Shown here in pieces: positions 46,179 to 56,425 of a stretch of DNA of 63,270 bases. Both the position numbers and the translations under genes were made by a program. The notes beneath the pieces are model-generated. The model was not told the DNA's origin and ran no database searches. It saw nothing but the letters and a program-made list of their open reading frames with translations. The stretch is from a virus (Duplodnaviria; Caudoviricetes): the IMG/VR virus record IMGVR_UViG_3300024264_002146, positions 1 through 63,270 of that record. One strand, 5' to 3'. Position 1 is the first letter of the stretch. Every line of letters begins with the position of its first letter.

Positions 46179-47188
46179 TGTCGAAAAAATCAAAAAAACG
46201 TGAACCAGTATTTGTAATGGAAAAAAGAAACAATTGGTTTAACGAATATCACGACATGCCAGAACTAGGCATCACTGGCACACGCAAAATTAATGATAGA
46301 ATTGCATATTACGATCAACAAGACTTTAAAAATGCTACTGCTATAGACTTAGGTTGTAATATGGGGCAAATGTCTTTCCAAGCAGAAAAATGGGGAGCAG
46401 ATGTTATTGGTGTAGAGTTTGATGCCAATGCTGTTGCTAATGCATTGGAAATAAAAGAAAAAATAGGTTCTACTGTAAACTTTGTAGTTGATGATTTAGA
46501 CAGTAATTTCTTTTGGAACAGTATTCCAAAACAAGATGTTGTTATGTTTCTTGCTGTTATCGATACACTTGAACTTGAAAATAGATATGGAATATTATCT
46601 AAAGCATGTGCAAAGACAAACAAAGTGATGTATTTTGAAGGACATGGCAAATCGCCTATTAGTAAATACCTAAAAAACATTGTTGACTATACTGACTTTT
46701 CTCAGATTGTATACAAAGGATATACTCCTACTAAACGTCCTTTCTTTAGATGCACTCGTGATGTATTAAATGAACAACAGTTTTTAGAAAAAATTATAAA
46801 CTCTCAGCATAAAAAGATTGCAGTTGTTGGAAAATCTTTGTCAGGAAAATCAACACTTAGATTAAAACATTGGCAGTCGCTAACTGATTTAGGATATAGT
46901 ATTATTGACGATCTTCGGCATATTAAAACTGTGCAAGAAAATTCGCAAGGTATTCTTATACCAACATCTATTGATAAAATTTTACCTGAGCAAATTAAAA
47001 ACTTTGATAAATTTATCTGCTTCGATTATCGTGCTTTAGAATATTATGATGAGTTTGATGCTGTGTTTTTTGTTACACCAAACAAAGATTTAATTGGACA
47101 ATCTAGGCCACGTAAAAATCCTATGAGAAGTCCAACAATAAAAAACTTTGATACAATAAAAGAAATATACACAGTTAGGGCGTATTAA
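46178..47188 (+). CDS. SAM methyltransferase fused to a P-loop domain
   Basis: IDLGCNMG motif I; C-terminal VVGKSLSGKST Walker A and IIDD. Confidence 0.75.
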   Translation: MSKKSKKREPVFVMEKRNNWFNEYHDMPELGITGTRKINDRIAYYDQQDFKNATAIDLGCNMGQMSFQAEKWGADVIGVEFDANAVANALEIKEKIGSTVNFVVDDLDSNFFWNSIPKQDVVMFLAVIDTLELENRYGILSKACAKTNKVMYFEGHGKSPISKYLKNIVDYTDFSQIVYKGYTPTKRPFFRCTRDVLNEQQFLEKIINSQHKKIAVVGKSLSGKSTLRLKHWQSLTDLGYSIIDDLRHIKTVQENSQGILIPTSIDKILPEQIKNFDKFICFDYRALEYYDEFDAVFFVTPNKDLIGQSRPRKNPMRSPTIKNFDTIKEIYTVRAY

Positions 47189-47883
47189 TGAGAACATTTT
47201 GGATGAACGGAAAGCCTAATTTTGGAGATCAACTAACTCCGTACGTTTTTGATTACTTCGGTATATCTCATTCAATGAGTGCTAAACTAGGTAAATGCCG
47301 AGCAATGTGTATTGGATCTATTGCACACAGAGCTACTGACGATATGATTGTATTAGGCAGTGGATTAATGTTTGCAGATAAATTTACTGTTAATCCAAAT
47401 GCTGATTACAGATTTGTGCGAGGCCCATACACTCGACAAAAAATAATAGATGCAGGCGGCAGTTGCCCTAAAGTTTACGGAGACCCTGCTATGCTTCTGC
47501 CATTGTTTTGCGAAGAAAGTGAAAAGGAATATGACGTAGGCATTGTTCCGCATTATGTAGACTACGAATATACCAAACAACAATATCCTAATTATAAAGT
47601 AATTGATGTTATAAACTCTGACCCATTAGTAGTAGCAAAAGAAATAACAAAATGTAAAAAGATTATATCCACTAGTTTGCATGGAATTATCGGAGCACAT
47701 GCATATGGTATTCCAGCAGCTTGGGTTAAATTTTCAAAAAAAGTAAAAGGCGATGATATAAAATTTAAAGACCATTATGCTGCTTTAGGATTGGAAGCTG
47801 AAGTATCAACAGTTGAAACTCCTATCTTTTCATTAGGTACGTTAGACCTAGCACCTATTATAAAAATTTTTAAAGAGCTATAA
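47188..47883 (+). CDS. Polysaccharide pyruvyltransferase family protein
   Basis: NFGD, IGS, VRGP.T, GDPA, IVPH and SLHG motifs. Confidence 0.85.
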   Translation: MRTFWMNGKPNFGDQLTPYVFDYFGISHSMSAKLGKCRAMCIGSIAHRATDDMIVLGSGLMFADKFTVNPNADYRFVRGPYTRQKIIDAGGSCPKVYGDPAMLLPLFCEESEKEYDVGIVPHYVDYEYTKQQYPNYKVIDVINSDPLVVAKEITKCKKIISTSLHGIIGAHAYGIPAAWVKFSKKVKGDDIKFKDHYAALGLEAEVSTVETPIFSLGTLDLAPIIKIFKEL

Positions 47884-48650
47884 TGAAAGCAATAATATTA
47901 GCAGGCGGTCTTGGCACAAGATTGCATGAAGAGACTAATAGTCGTCCAAAGCCAATGGTTGAAATTGGCGGAAAGCCTATTCTTTGGCATATTATGAAAA
48001 CGTATTCTGCACATGGAATAAACGATTTTATAATTTGTTGTGGTTACAAAGGAAATGTAATTAAAGAATATTTTTTAAATTATGCTGCAAAAAATTCTGA
48101 TGTATTATTGAATACTAAATCGGGTTATACTGTTTTCTATAATAACAATTTAGAAGACTGGAATATTCGTTTAATTGATACTGGTGCTACTACAATGACT
48201 GGCGGACGCCTAAAACAAGTCAAAGAATATGTAAAAAACGATGAAGCATTCTGTTTTACATACGGCGACGGTGTAGGCAATGTCAACATTGCGGAGAGTA
48301 TTGATTATCATAACTCGCATGGTAAACTTGCTACAATGACAACAGCATATCCGCCTGGTCGTTTTGGTAATTTAAAATTTGACGGTGACACTGTTACTAA
48401 TTTCCAAGAAAAAACTAAAGGCGATGGCGCAATGGTTAATGCAGGATATTTTGTTTTGTCTCCTAAAGTTATTGATTATATCGATAACGATGCTACTACT
48501 TGGGAAGAATATCCTTTAACACAGTTAGCACACGAGGGCGAATTAAAAGCATTTAAGCATGAAGATTTTTGGCGCCCTATGGATTCGTTGCCTGATAAAA
48601 ATGCATTAGAAACCTTATGGCAAACTAATCCTCCTTGGAAGGTGTGGTAA
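47883..48650 (+). CDS. rfbF: Glucose-1-phosphate cytidylyltransferase
   Basis: ILAGGLGTRL.EET..RPKPMVEIGGKPILWHIMK, TMTGGRLK, TYGDG and FW.PMD motifs. Confidence 0.96.
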   Translation: MKAIILAGGLGTRLHEETNSRPKPMVEIGGKPILWHIMKTYSAHGINDFIICCGYKGNVIKEYFLNYAAKNSDVLLNTKSGYTVFYNNNLEDWNIRLIDTGATTMTGGRLKQVKEYVKNDEAFCFTYGDGVGNVNIAESIDYHNSHGKLATMTTAYPPGRFGNLKFDGDTVTNFQEKTKGDGAMVNAGYFVLSPKVIDYIDNDATTWEEYPLTQLAHEGELKAFKHEDFWRPMDSLPDKNALETLWQTNPPWKVW

Positions 48651-48651
48651 C

Positions 48652-49695
48652 ATGAATCCTACATTTTGGAAAAACAAAAGAGTATTTGTAACAGGACATA
48701 CTGGATTCAAAGGCAGTTGGCTATGCTTATGGTTGCAGCATATGGGTGCAGAAGTTTGCGGATATTCACTACAACCTCCTACTAAAATTAATAATTTTAC
48801 AGAATCAAATGTAGCACAAAACATGACATCCGTCGAAGGCGATATTAGAAATCTTAAATTACTTAAAGCAGCAATGACTAATTTTTGGCCTGATATTGTA
48901 GTACACATGGCAGCGCAACCATTAGTACGTCTATCTTATCAAGAACCACACAATACAATAGAAACTAATGTAATGGGCACAGTAAATGTTCTAGAAGCTG
49001 CTAAGAGTATAAAAAGCATAAAGGCAATCGTGAATGTTACTACAGATAAGTGTTATGAAAATAAAGAATGGCCTTGGGGATATAGGGAAGATGAAGCAAT
49101 GGGCGGCCACGATCCATACAGTGCAAGTAAAGGATGTTCAGAGTTAATAACAAGTGCTTACAGGAAAAGTTTTTTTACTAACAATTGTGGATTAGCAAGT
49201 GCAAGAGCGGGTAATGTAATCGGAGGCGGCGATTGGGCAGAAGATAGAATAATACCCGATATACTTCGGTCGTTTATTAACAATACAGTAGTCGATGTTC
49301 GATATCCTGATGCAATTCGCCCGTGGCAACATGTATTAGAACCCCTAGCAGGATACTTATTGCTGGCAGAAAAATTGTATACTAATAATCAAGAATTTGC
49401 AAGTAGTTGGAATTTTGGACCAACAGACGAAGATGCAAAATCTGTTAGGTATATTTTAGATTATATGAACGCAAACTGGAACACACCTACTAGCGATCAT
49501 TTACACGAAGCCCATTATCTTAAATTAGATATTAGCAAAGCAAAAACATATTTAAAATGGAAACCTCGATGGAGTTTAAATACTGCATTAGATGCAACTT
49601 TAAATTGGCATAATGCTTGGATTAATAAAGAAGATATGAAAAAATATAGTATAACACAAATTGAAAATTATATGAACGGAGAAAAAAATGACTGA
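48652..49695 (+). CDS. rfbG: CDP-glucose 4,6-dehydratase
   Basis: TGHTGFKGSWL, HMAAQPLVR, TTDKCY, DPYSASK, RAGNVIGGGDW and RPWQHVLEPL motifs. Confidence 0.96.
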   Translation: MNPTFWKNKRVFVTGHTGFKGSWLCLWLQHMGAEVCGYSLQPPTKINNFTESNVAQNMTSVEGDIRNLKLLKAAMTNFWPDIVVHMAAQPLVRLSYQEPHNTIETNVMGTVNVLEAAKSIKSIKAIVNVTTDKCYENKEWPWGYREDEAMGGHDPYSASKGCSELITSAYRKSFFTNNCGLASARAGNVIGGGDWAEDRIIPDILRSFINNTVVDVRYPDAIRPWQHVLEPLAGYLLLAEKLYTNNQEFASSWNFGPTDEDAKSVRYILDYMNANWNTPTSDHLHEAHYLKLDISKAKTYLKWKPRWSLNTALDATLNWHNAWINKEDMKKYSITQIENYMNGEKND

Positions 49696-50887
49696 TAAAA
49701 TATCATATGCTAAGACAGTTTACGGACAAGCTGAAATTGATGCTGTAGTCAAGTGCTTAGAAGACGGTACACAAATGGGTGTTAATAGTCGTAAGTTTGA
49801 AGCAAGTATTGCTAAATTATTTGACAAAAAAGAATGTCTATATGTAAACAGTGGATCAAGTGCATTGTATATTGGTATGGAAGCATTTGACTTCCCTGCA
49901 GGCAGTGAAATTATTACTCCTGCGCTTACGTTTGGAACAACACTAGGGTGTATTATTAAGAATGATCTAGTGCCTGTATTTGTTGACGTTGAGCCGTTAA
50001 CATATTGTATCGACGCTGAACAAATTGAAAGTATGATTACAGATAAAACTGTTGCTATACTTGCGCCTGACCTATTAGGCAATCTGTGTGATTGGCCGCG
50101 TATTAGAGAAATTGCTGACAAACACGGGCTTAAAGTTATACACGATAGTGCAGATACGTTAGGTGCAACTATTAACGGTATATCAGCAGGCACGTATTCA
50201 GACATGAGCATTACTAGTTTCTATGGCTCGCACATTATCAATTGTGCAGGCAACGGTGGCGCACTGTGCTTAAATGACGAAAAGATAATTGAGAAGGCAA
50301 AACTGTTACGCAGTTGGGGACGTAGCTCTAGCTTGTTCGACGAGCGCAGCGAAGCTATTGAAAATCGGTTTAACATTATGTTAGATGGTTTAGAATATGA
50401 TGCTAAATTTGTGTTTGCTATTCCTGGTTATAATCTAGAAGGCAACGAAATGGGTGCAGCATTTGGATTAGTACAATTAGAAAGTTTAGAAAACAATATT
50501 AAAGTAAGACAAGAAAATCTTGCAAAACAATGTGAATTCTTTAACAAGTATAGTAATTATTTTAGTAACCCAATCGAAGCTAATAATGTTCATACTGCCT
50601 TCTTAGCATTTCCTGTCTTAATTAAAGAGACTGCGCCGTTTACTAGAAAAGAATTTCAAATTTATTTAGAAAACCGTGACATTCAAACCCGTGTGTGTTT
50701 TACAGGCAATGTTTTAAGGCAACCAATGGCGCAAGGTATTACAAAAGTTGTTAGAGCAGAAGGTTATCCAAATGCCGATGCTGTTATGGAGCGTGGTGTT
50801 TTGTTGCCCGTCCATCACGGTATGACTAATGAAATGTTTGCTCGGTTACATTCTACTATTGACGAGTTTATTGCAGAGCGCACATGA
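49688..50887 (+). CDS. rfbH: PLP/PMP-dependent NDP-4-keto-6-deoxysugar 3-dehydratase (RfbH/DdhC/ColD-like)
   Basis: DegT fold (VNSGSSA, PVFVD); SFYGSH has His at the usual Lys position; follows rfbFG. Confidence 0.75.
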   Translation: MTDKISYAKTVYGQAEIDAVVKCLEDGTQMGVNSRKFEASIAKLFDKKECLYVNSGSSALYIGMEAFDFPAGSEIITPALTFGTTLGCIIKNDLVPVFVDVEPLTYCIDAEQIESMITDKTVAILAPDLLGNLCDWPRIREIADKHGLKVIHDSADTLGATINGISAGTYSDMSITSFYGSHIINCAGNGGALCLNDEKIIEKAKLLRSWGRSSSLFDERSEAIENRFNIMLDGLEYDAKFVFAIPGYNLEGNEMGAAFGLVQLESLENNIKVRQENLAKQCEFFNKYSNYFSNPIEANNVHTAFLAFPVLIKETAPFTRKEFQIYLENRDIQTRVCFTGNVLRQPMAQGITKVVRAEGYPNADAVMERGVLLPVHHGMTNEMFARLHSTIDEFIAERT

Positions 50888-51681
50888 ACATTTTAATAAC
50901 AGGTGCTAACGGCTATTTAGGAAAACACTTGTGTTCTAGTCTTTTATTTGGTGAAAATAAAATTAGTTGCTACAATAGACAAAGTTCTCTAGACTTGATA
51001 AAAGAAGTCGCTCCAGATGTAGTAATACACACCATTTGTTCTTACGGAAGAAATAACGAATCAGCTAGTCAAATATATAAATCTAATTTATTAACAGGTA
51101 TTGATATTATAGATGAATTGACGAAATTAGACAAGCCTGTTACTTTTATAAATTGTGGAACATCATTGAAATTGCATACAAACTTGTATTCTCTTTCTAA
51201 AGGGCAATTTATAGAATATGGAAAGTTTGTTTCTAATAATAAATTAAAATTTATTAATATTAATTTACAACATTTTTACGGGCCTGCTGCTACTAATAAC
51301 TTTATTTCTTTTGTGTTTGAACAATGTATAAAACATAATACATTGCCATTAACCCAAGGAATACAAGAACGAGATTTTGTTTATATAGATGATGTATTAT
51401 CTGCATTTAAATGCATAATAGAAAATAAAGATATTTTATATAATTTTGAAAACATTGATCTAGGAACAGGTTGTGCTACGCAATTAAAAGAACTAATTTA
51501 TAAAATACATAATATAACACATTCAAAATCAAAATTAGATTTTGGAAAGATACCAATGCGAAACAATGAAGAACTAATAATGAAAGCAGATACTACAAGA
51601 TTGCACACACTTAACTGGAGTGCAAATATTAATTTAGAGCAAGGTTTGCAATTGATAAAGGATTCATATAATGAAAAATAA
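50884..51681 (+). CDS. Extended SDR, probable CDP-dideoxyhexose 4-reductase (abequose/paratose synthase-like)
   Basis: TGANGYLG, YSLSK, HFYGP and RDFVYIDD motifs; position after rfbFGH. Confidence 0.7.
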   Translation: MNILITGANGYLGKHLCSSLLFGENKISCYNRQSSLDLIKEVAPDVVIHTICSYGRNNESASQIYKSNLLTGIDIIDELTKLDKPVTFINCGTSLKLHTNLYSLSKGQFIEYGKFVSNNKLKFININLQHFYGPAATNNFISFVFEQCIKHNTLPLTQGIQERDFVYIDDVLSAFKCIIENKDILYNFENIDLGTGCATQLKELIYKIHNITHSKSKLDFGKIPMRNNEELIMKADTTRLHTLNWSANINLEQGLQLIKDSYNEK

Positions 51682-52312
51682 TTTAAAGCAAACAATTATG
51701 TTAAAACTTGCCCTAGAAGAAGCAGGTATAGATCCTAATAAATGTAAAATTAGTATAGATCATGATAAAGGAAAGTCGTATGTTAACACAGTTGAATTAC
51801 CAATAATATTTCCAAAGCAATGGTTTGAACATACAAAAAATTTACACGTATTAAAAAAAGAATACAATTTTTATTTTAATGGAAATATAGGAGAAGGATC
51901 TTCTAGACAAAAATTATTAGAAAAATTTACATCAAGAGATGACTGTGTTGTTGTGTGGTCTAATGATGGTCGAGACGTTGTCAATAAACAAAAATATAAT
52001 ATTGAATACTTTACTGGCGTAGCAAAAAGTAATTATGGCCTCTGCCCGCATCAACCTGACTGGAAGGGTGATATGGATTCATTATGGACATATCGATTTA
52101 TCGAATGCTTAATGGCAAAAACGGTTCCGGTTAATTTTAGAGAAACTCCATTAAGTCCTAAATTTACAAACGGATTTTACTTTATATGGGACAACACTGA
52201 GTTTATCGATAACATTGATGAAGCTATATTAGAGCAGAATTATAATTTAGCACTGTCAACATTTACACTTTCGTCTAAGCAAATTAATGCCATTACGCAG
52301 TTCGCCAATTAA
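51671..52312 (+). CDS. Putative glycosyltransferase (exostosin/GT47-like C-terminal motif)
   Basis: Y.LCP...WTYRFIECL...VPV pattern. Confidence 0.5.
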   Translation: MKNNLKQTIMLKLALEEAGIDPNKCKISIDHDKGKSYVNTVELPIIFPKQWFEHTKNLHVLKKEYNFYFNGNIGEGSSRQKLLEKFTSRDDCVVVWSNDGRDVVNKQKYNIEYFTGVAKSNYGLCPHQPDWKGDMDSLWTYRFIECLMAKTVPVNFRETPLSPKFTNGFYFIWDNTEFIDNIDEAILEQNYNLALSTFTLSSKQINAITQFAN

Positions 52313-52319
52313 CTACACA

Positions 52320-52327
52320 CATAAATA
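52320..52327 (+). promoter_or_regulatory. Late promoter box, 5 nt before an ATG
   Basis: CATAAATA-TCTAC-ATG. Confidence 0.7.
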
Positions 52328-52332
52328 TCTAC

Positions 52333-53109
52333 ATGAGCAATGTTGTATTAGTAACAGGTGGCTTTGATCCCTTACACTCAGGGCACATAGCCTATTTTAA
52401 AGAAGCAAAAAAATTAGGTACAAAGTTAATTGTTGGAGTGAATTCAGACGATTGGCTAACACGCAAGAAAGGTAGACCGTTTATGCCTTTTGAAGAACGT
52501 GCTGCTATCATTAAAGAACTTAGTGTTGTAGACAAAGTTATAGGATTTGATGATAGCGATGATAGCGCATGCCAAGCAATTTTTCAAACACTAAGCACAC
52601 ACGGTAGTGGAACAAAACTTATTTTTGCTAACGGCGGTGATAGAACTAACACAACTACGCCCGAGTATGCAACATACGGAAATATGCCCTATGTAGATTT
52701 TGCATGGGGCATCGGCGGCGAAAATAAAGCTAATAGCAGCAGTTGGATACTAGACGAATGGAAAACACAAAAGACAGAACGTGATTGGGGTTACTGGCGT
52801 GTGTTAGATCACAAGCCTGAGCAAGGTTACAAAGTAAAAGAACTAGTAATATATCCAGGCAAGAGTCTAAGTGACCAAAAACATTTTAAACGTTCTGAAC
52901 AGTGGATGATACTAGAAGGTGTTGTAGATATGAAAACTGAATGGCATAGCAAGGTAGACACTGTACTATTACGTCCACACGGAATGCCGTACGAAATTGG
53001 TGTAGAAGTTTGGCACAAGCCAAGCAATCCTGGAACAGAAAACGCACACATACTAGAAATACAATGGGGTAGTGAGTGCATTGAAGAAGACATTGAAAGA
53101 AGAGAATAA
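52333..53109 (+). CDS. HxGH cytidylyltransferase fused to a mannose-6-phosphate-isomerase-type cupin
   Basis: TGGFDPLHSGH, GVNSD and ANGGDR, then RDWG and LS.Q.H..RSE.W motifs. Confidence 0.85.
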   Translation: MSNVVLVTGGFDPLHSGHIAYFKEAKKLGTKLIVGVNSDDWLTRKKGRPFMPFEERAAIIKELSVVDKVIGFDDSDDSACQAIFQTLSTHGSGTKLIFANGGDRTNTTTPEYATYGNMPYVDFAWGIGGENKANSSSWILDEWKTQKTERDWGYWRVLDHKPEQGYKVKELVIYPGKSLSDQKHFKRSEQWMILEGVVDMKTEWHSKVDTVLLRPHGMPYEIGVEVWHKPSNPGTENAHILEIQWGSECIEEDIERRE

Positions 53110-53783
53110 TGAAAGTATTTGTAGGATATGACCCAAGAGAAGATATGGCTTACCAAGTGTGTAAGCACAGTATACTAAAACACCAACCCGATGCAAATGT
53201 GCGCCCGCTAATACAAAAAGAACTACGACAAGCAGGGTGGTACAAACGTCCAGAAGACAAACTAGCATCAACTGAATTTACATTTACACGCTTCCTTGTA
53301 CCAGAGCTTGCTAACTTCAAAGGCTGGGCAGTGTTCATGGATTGCGATATGATCCTTACTACAGACATTAAAGAACTGTTTGATCAAGCAGACGACAAGT
53401 ATGCTGTTATGTGTGTGCAACATGATTACACACCCAAAGAAGGCATGAAGATGGATGGACAAAAGCAAACAATCTATCCACGTAAGAACTGGTCAAGTGT
53501 TGTGCTGTTTAATTGTGCGCATCCTAGTAATAAAATGCTAGATCAAGATCTTGTAAATAGTTTAGAAATTAATGGAGCATACCTTCATAGATTTAGTTGG
53601 TTAGATGATAGCGAAATTGGCGAACTAGACCATACATGGAACTACTTAGTAGGTGTGTATGATGATATCGAAACACCTAAACTAATACACTACACAGAGG
53701 GCGGTCCGTGGTTTGAGAACTATAGGGACTGCGAATTTAACGAATTATGGAAACATGAACTACAGGAAATGATGAATGGGTAA
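53109..53783 (+). CDS. GT-A fold glycosyltransferase (GT8-like)
   Basis: STEFTFTRFLVP, DCD (DXD), KNWSSV, WN.L and HYT.GGPW motifs. Confidence 0.8.
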   Translation: MKVFVGYDPREDMAYQVCKHSILKHQPDANVRPLIQKELRQAGWYKRPEDKLASTEFTFTRFLVPELANFKGWAVFMDCDMILTTDIKELFDQADDKYAVMCVQHDYTPKEGMKMDGQKQTIYPRKNWSSVVLFNCAHPSNKMLDQDLVNSLEINGAYLHRFSWLDDSEIGELDHTWNYLVGVYDDIETPKLIHYTEGGPWFENYRDCEFNELWKHELQEMMNG

Positions 53784-54642
53784 AACAGCACCAGTAGAAA
53801 TTGCTGCAATAGACAGTGTCGGCGGCAATAACTACCATAAAAAAGGACACTCGTATGATCCGTACCTAGCTAGTATACTTAGAGGCATTGCACAGCATCC
53901 TAATACAATATCTACTATAGAATCTAATTGGGAAGAACAAGAAGACACTTCGACTATGCTTCTCATAAGAGGTCTCGGAGGCGGCAGTCAGAAAGCCATC
54001 AAACGTTGTTGGAAACAAGGACGTGAGTTTTATGCAGTTGACACTGGTTATTTTGGAAACGGCAAACATAAGACTTGGCATCGTATTACCCGTAACGCAT
54101 TGCAAAATATGGAAGAAATGGTCGAGCGCGATATTGAAAGACTATTGCTGCAATTAAGAGTTGATTCGTGGAAAGAAATATATAAACCATTTACACCAGG
54201 TAGTAAAATACTTGTATGCCCTCCTAGTAACAAAGTAATGAATATGTTTGGACAACCTGAAGCAGAAATATGGACTAAGAATTTAGTGGAACAGTTAGAA
54301 CAAATAACTGATAGACCTATTGAAATTAGGATGAAGCCTATTAGAAGTCAACGAGTTATCGGAAGCACTATACAAGAAGCATTACAAGATGATGTACATT
54401 GTTTAGTTACATACAATAGTATTGCAGCTACTGAAGCTCTAATGGAAGGCAAGCCTGCACTAACACTAGGACCAAATGCAGCGCAACTAATTTGTGAAAC
54501 AGACCTTAATAATATCAACAATCCGCGCATACCAACTGAAGAAGAAATGTATAGATTTTTAACTCATCTGTCATATTCACAATTTACACAGCCAGAAATG
54601 GAAGATGGTACTGCTTGGGCTATTTTAAGGAAAGACGTATAA
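53776..54642 (+). CDS. Capsule-synthesis (KpsS/KpsC-like) GT-B protein, paralogue 1
   Basis: DTGYF, IRMKP, VTYNS.AA.EA...G.P and YSQFT..EM.DG.AW motifs. Confidence 0.6.
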   Translation: MGKTAPVEIAAIDSVGGNNYHKKGHSYDPYLASILRGIAQHPNTISTIESNWEEQEDTSTMLLIRGLGGGSQKAIKRCWKQGREFYAVDTGYFGNGKHKTWHRITRNALQNMEEMVERDIERLLLQLRVDSWKEIYKPFTPGSKILVCPPSNKVMNMFGQPEAEIWTKNLVEQLEQITDRPIEIRMKPIRSQRVIGSTIQEALQDDVHCLVTYNSIAATEALMEGKPALTLGPNAAQLICETDLNNINNPRIPTEEEMYRFLTHLSYSQFTQPEMEDGTAWAILRKDV

Positions 54643-55574
54643 TGACTATTAGTGTAGCAAGTTATTTAATGGGTATACCTCCTGGAAATACAAATCCAGA
54701 AAAGCCTCAAATTATTGTAAATTTTATCGAAGGAGTATGGGCAGCCGGCGACAGAGGTGAAATTGTATGTGACTATACTCCTGTAGATTGCGATATAGCT
54801 GTAGTACAAGGATTTGTACATCCCGGTAGCAAAAGAATGCCACATCTTGATTTAAGGAAAAGGGTTTTCGAAAAACAACAAGTCGAAGGCAAACGTAGTA
54901 TTATTGTTGATAGTAATTTATTTTTGTCTTACGATCCTAAAAATTCAAGAAAATATTTACGGTATAGCTTTGACGGTGTATTTCCTAATACGGGAGAATA
55001 TTGTAATCAAAATGCAGATCCTCTAAGATGGGATAAATTAAAAAAGGATTTAGGAATATATTTAAAGCCAGTACAAAAAACTGGCAAATATATTTTAATA
55101 TGCTGTCAAAGAGACGGTGGATGGAGCATGGATGGGCAACAGTTAATGCCGTGGTTAGTTAAAACAATTCAACAAATACGTAAGTTTTCTGATAGACCCA
55201 TTATTGTAAGATTTCACCCAGGAGATAAAAGTAGAATTCAACACATTAGATCATTAGTTAGATATAGATTAAAATCAGTAGCGCCGAGCAATAGTGACAA
55301 TCTATTATTAGATTTAAAACACGCTCATGCTGTTATAAGTTATAATAGCAGTCCGGGAGTAGTAGCTGCAATAGAAGGTGTTCCTGTTTTTGTATTGGAT
55401 CCTGATAGAAGTCAAGCATGTGATGTAGCAAATAAATTAATAGAAAATATAGAAACCCCAGAAGAATTTGACAGAGAAACATGGATTAGAAAAATGGCAA
55501 TGATGCATTGGACATTAGACGAATTAAAGGACGGAACAGCATGGAGACACCTAAGAAAATGGGCAATCAAATAA
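54642..55574 (+). CDS. Capsule-synthesis (KpsS/KpsC-like) GT-B protein, paralogue 2
   Basis: CQR.G, VRFHPG, SYNSS..V.A..EGVP and WT.DEL..G.AW motifs; start at the TAATG junction. Confidence 0.65.
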   Translation: MTISVASYLMGIPPGNTNPEKPQIIVNFIEGVWAAGDRGEIVCDYTPVDCDIAVVQGFVHPGSKRMPHLDLRKRVFEKQQVEGKRSIIVDSNLFLSYDPKNSRKYLRYSFDGVFPNTGEYCNQNADPLRWDKLKKDLGIYLKPVQKTGKYILICCQRDGGWSMDGQQLMPWLVKTIQQIRKFSDRPIIVRFHPGDKSRIQHIRSLVRYRLKSVAPSNSDNLLLDLKHAHAVISYNSSPGVVAAIEGVPVFVLDPDRSQACDVANKLIENIETPEEFDRETWIRKMAMMHWTLDELKDGTAWRHLRKWAIK

Positions 55575-56425
55575 TAGTAGTAACAACATTTCATCCAGAA
55601 GGTATGGAAGTATATGGACAGCGGTTTATTGATAGCTTTGCACAAAATGTTGCCAAAGCAGTAAAACTAGTTGTATATGCAGAGGACTGTGATCCTGTAA
55701 ATCCTGATCCTAATCAAATTACTATACTAGATGCAAAAGTAGAATTACCTAAGTTAAATGCATTTAAAGAGCGTTGGAAGGACGATCCGAAAGCAAACGG
55801 CATACCGCCAGACGATATTAAAGCACGTAGACCAAGAGATTGGAACAAAGAATTTAAATGGCATGCTATTCGTTTTGCAAATAAAACTTATGCTGTGTTC
55901 GATGCTTGTGAAAAAAATTACGGTACTGGTAGATGGGTAGTATGGATGGATGCAGATACATTTGTACATTCGCCTTGGAGTCTTAAACAGTTTGAAGAAC
56001 TGTTGCCTTATAATAACTGGATAACATATGTTGGTAGAGGCAAAGGGTCACAGACATGGCCAGAATGTGGATTCTATGGTATTAATATGAATCATCCTGT
56101 AGGGTGTAATTTTGTTAAAGAATTTGAACGTATGTACGAAGATGCAGACAATGGTATTTTTAAACTTGAGGAGTGGCACGACAGTTATGTGTTTGGAGAA
56201 CTATTACACAACAAATTTGGAGCTTTTAAGGATAGAGCACACGACTATAGTGCAAACATATACAACAAGACTGCAAAAACTGGTGGTGGTGGCCACCCGT
56301 TAATTAACAGTGAACTAGGCAAGTGGATAGATCATATGAAGGGCGCCCGGAAATTTGACGGTAAGTCAAAACGCAAAGACCTAATGAATAATAGGACAGA
56401 ATCTTACTGGCAAACAGTAAAATGA
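55559..56425 (+). CDS. GT-A fold glycosyltransferase
   Basis: RFANK, VWMDADT (DXD), ECGF, EWHDS and H.KG motifs. Confidence 0.7.
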   Translation: MGNQIIVVTTFHPEGMEVYGQRFIDSFAQNVAKAVKLVVYAEDCDPVNPDPNQITILDAKVELPKLNAFKERWKDDPKANGIPPDDIKARRPRDWNKEFKWHAIRFANKTYAVFDACEKNYGTGRWVVWMDADTFVHSPWSLKQFEELLPYNNWITYVGRGKGSQTWPECGFYGINMNHPVGCNFVKEFERMYEDADNGIFKLEEWHDSYVFGELLHNKFGAFKDRAHDYSANIYNKTAKTGGGGHPLINSELGKWIDHMKGARKFDGKSKRKDLMNNRTESYWQTVK

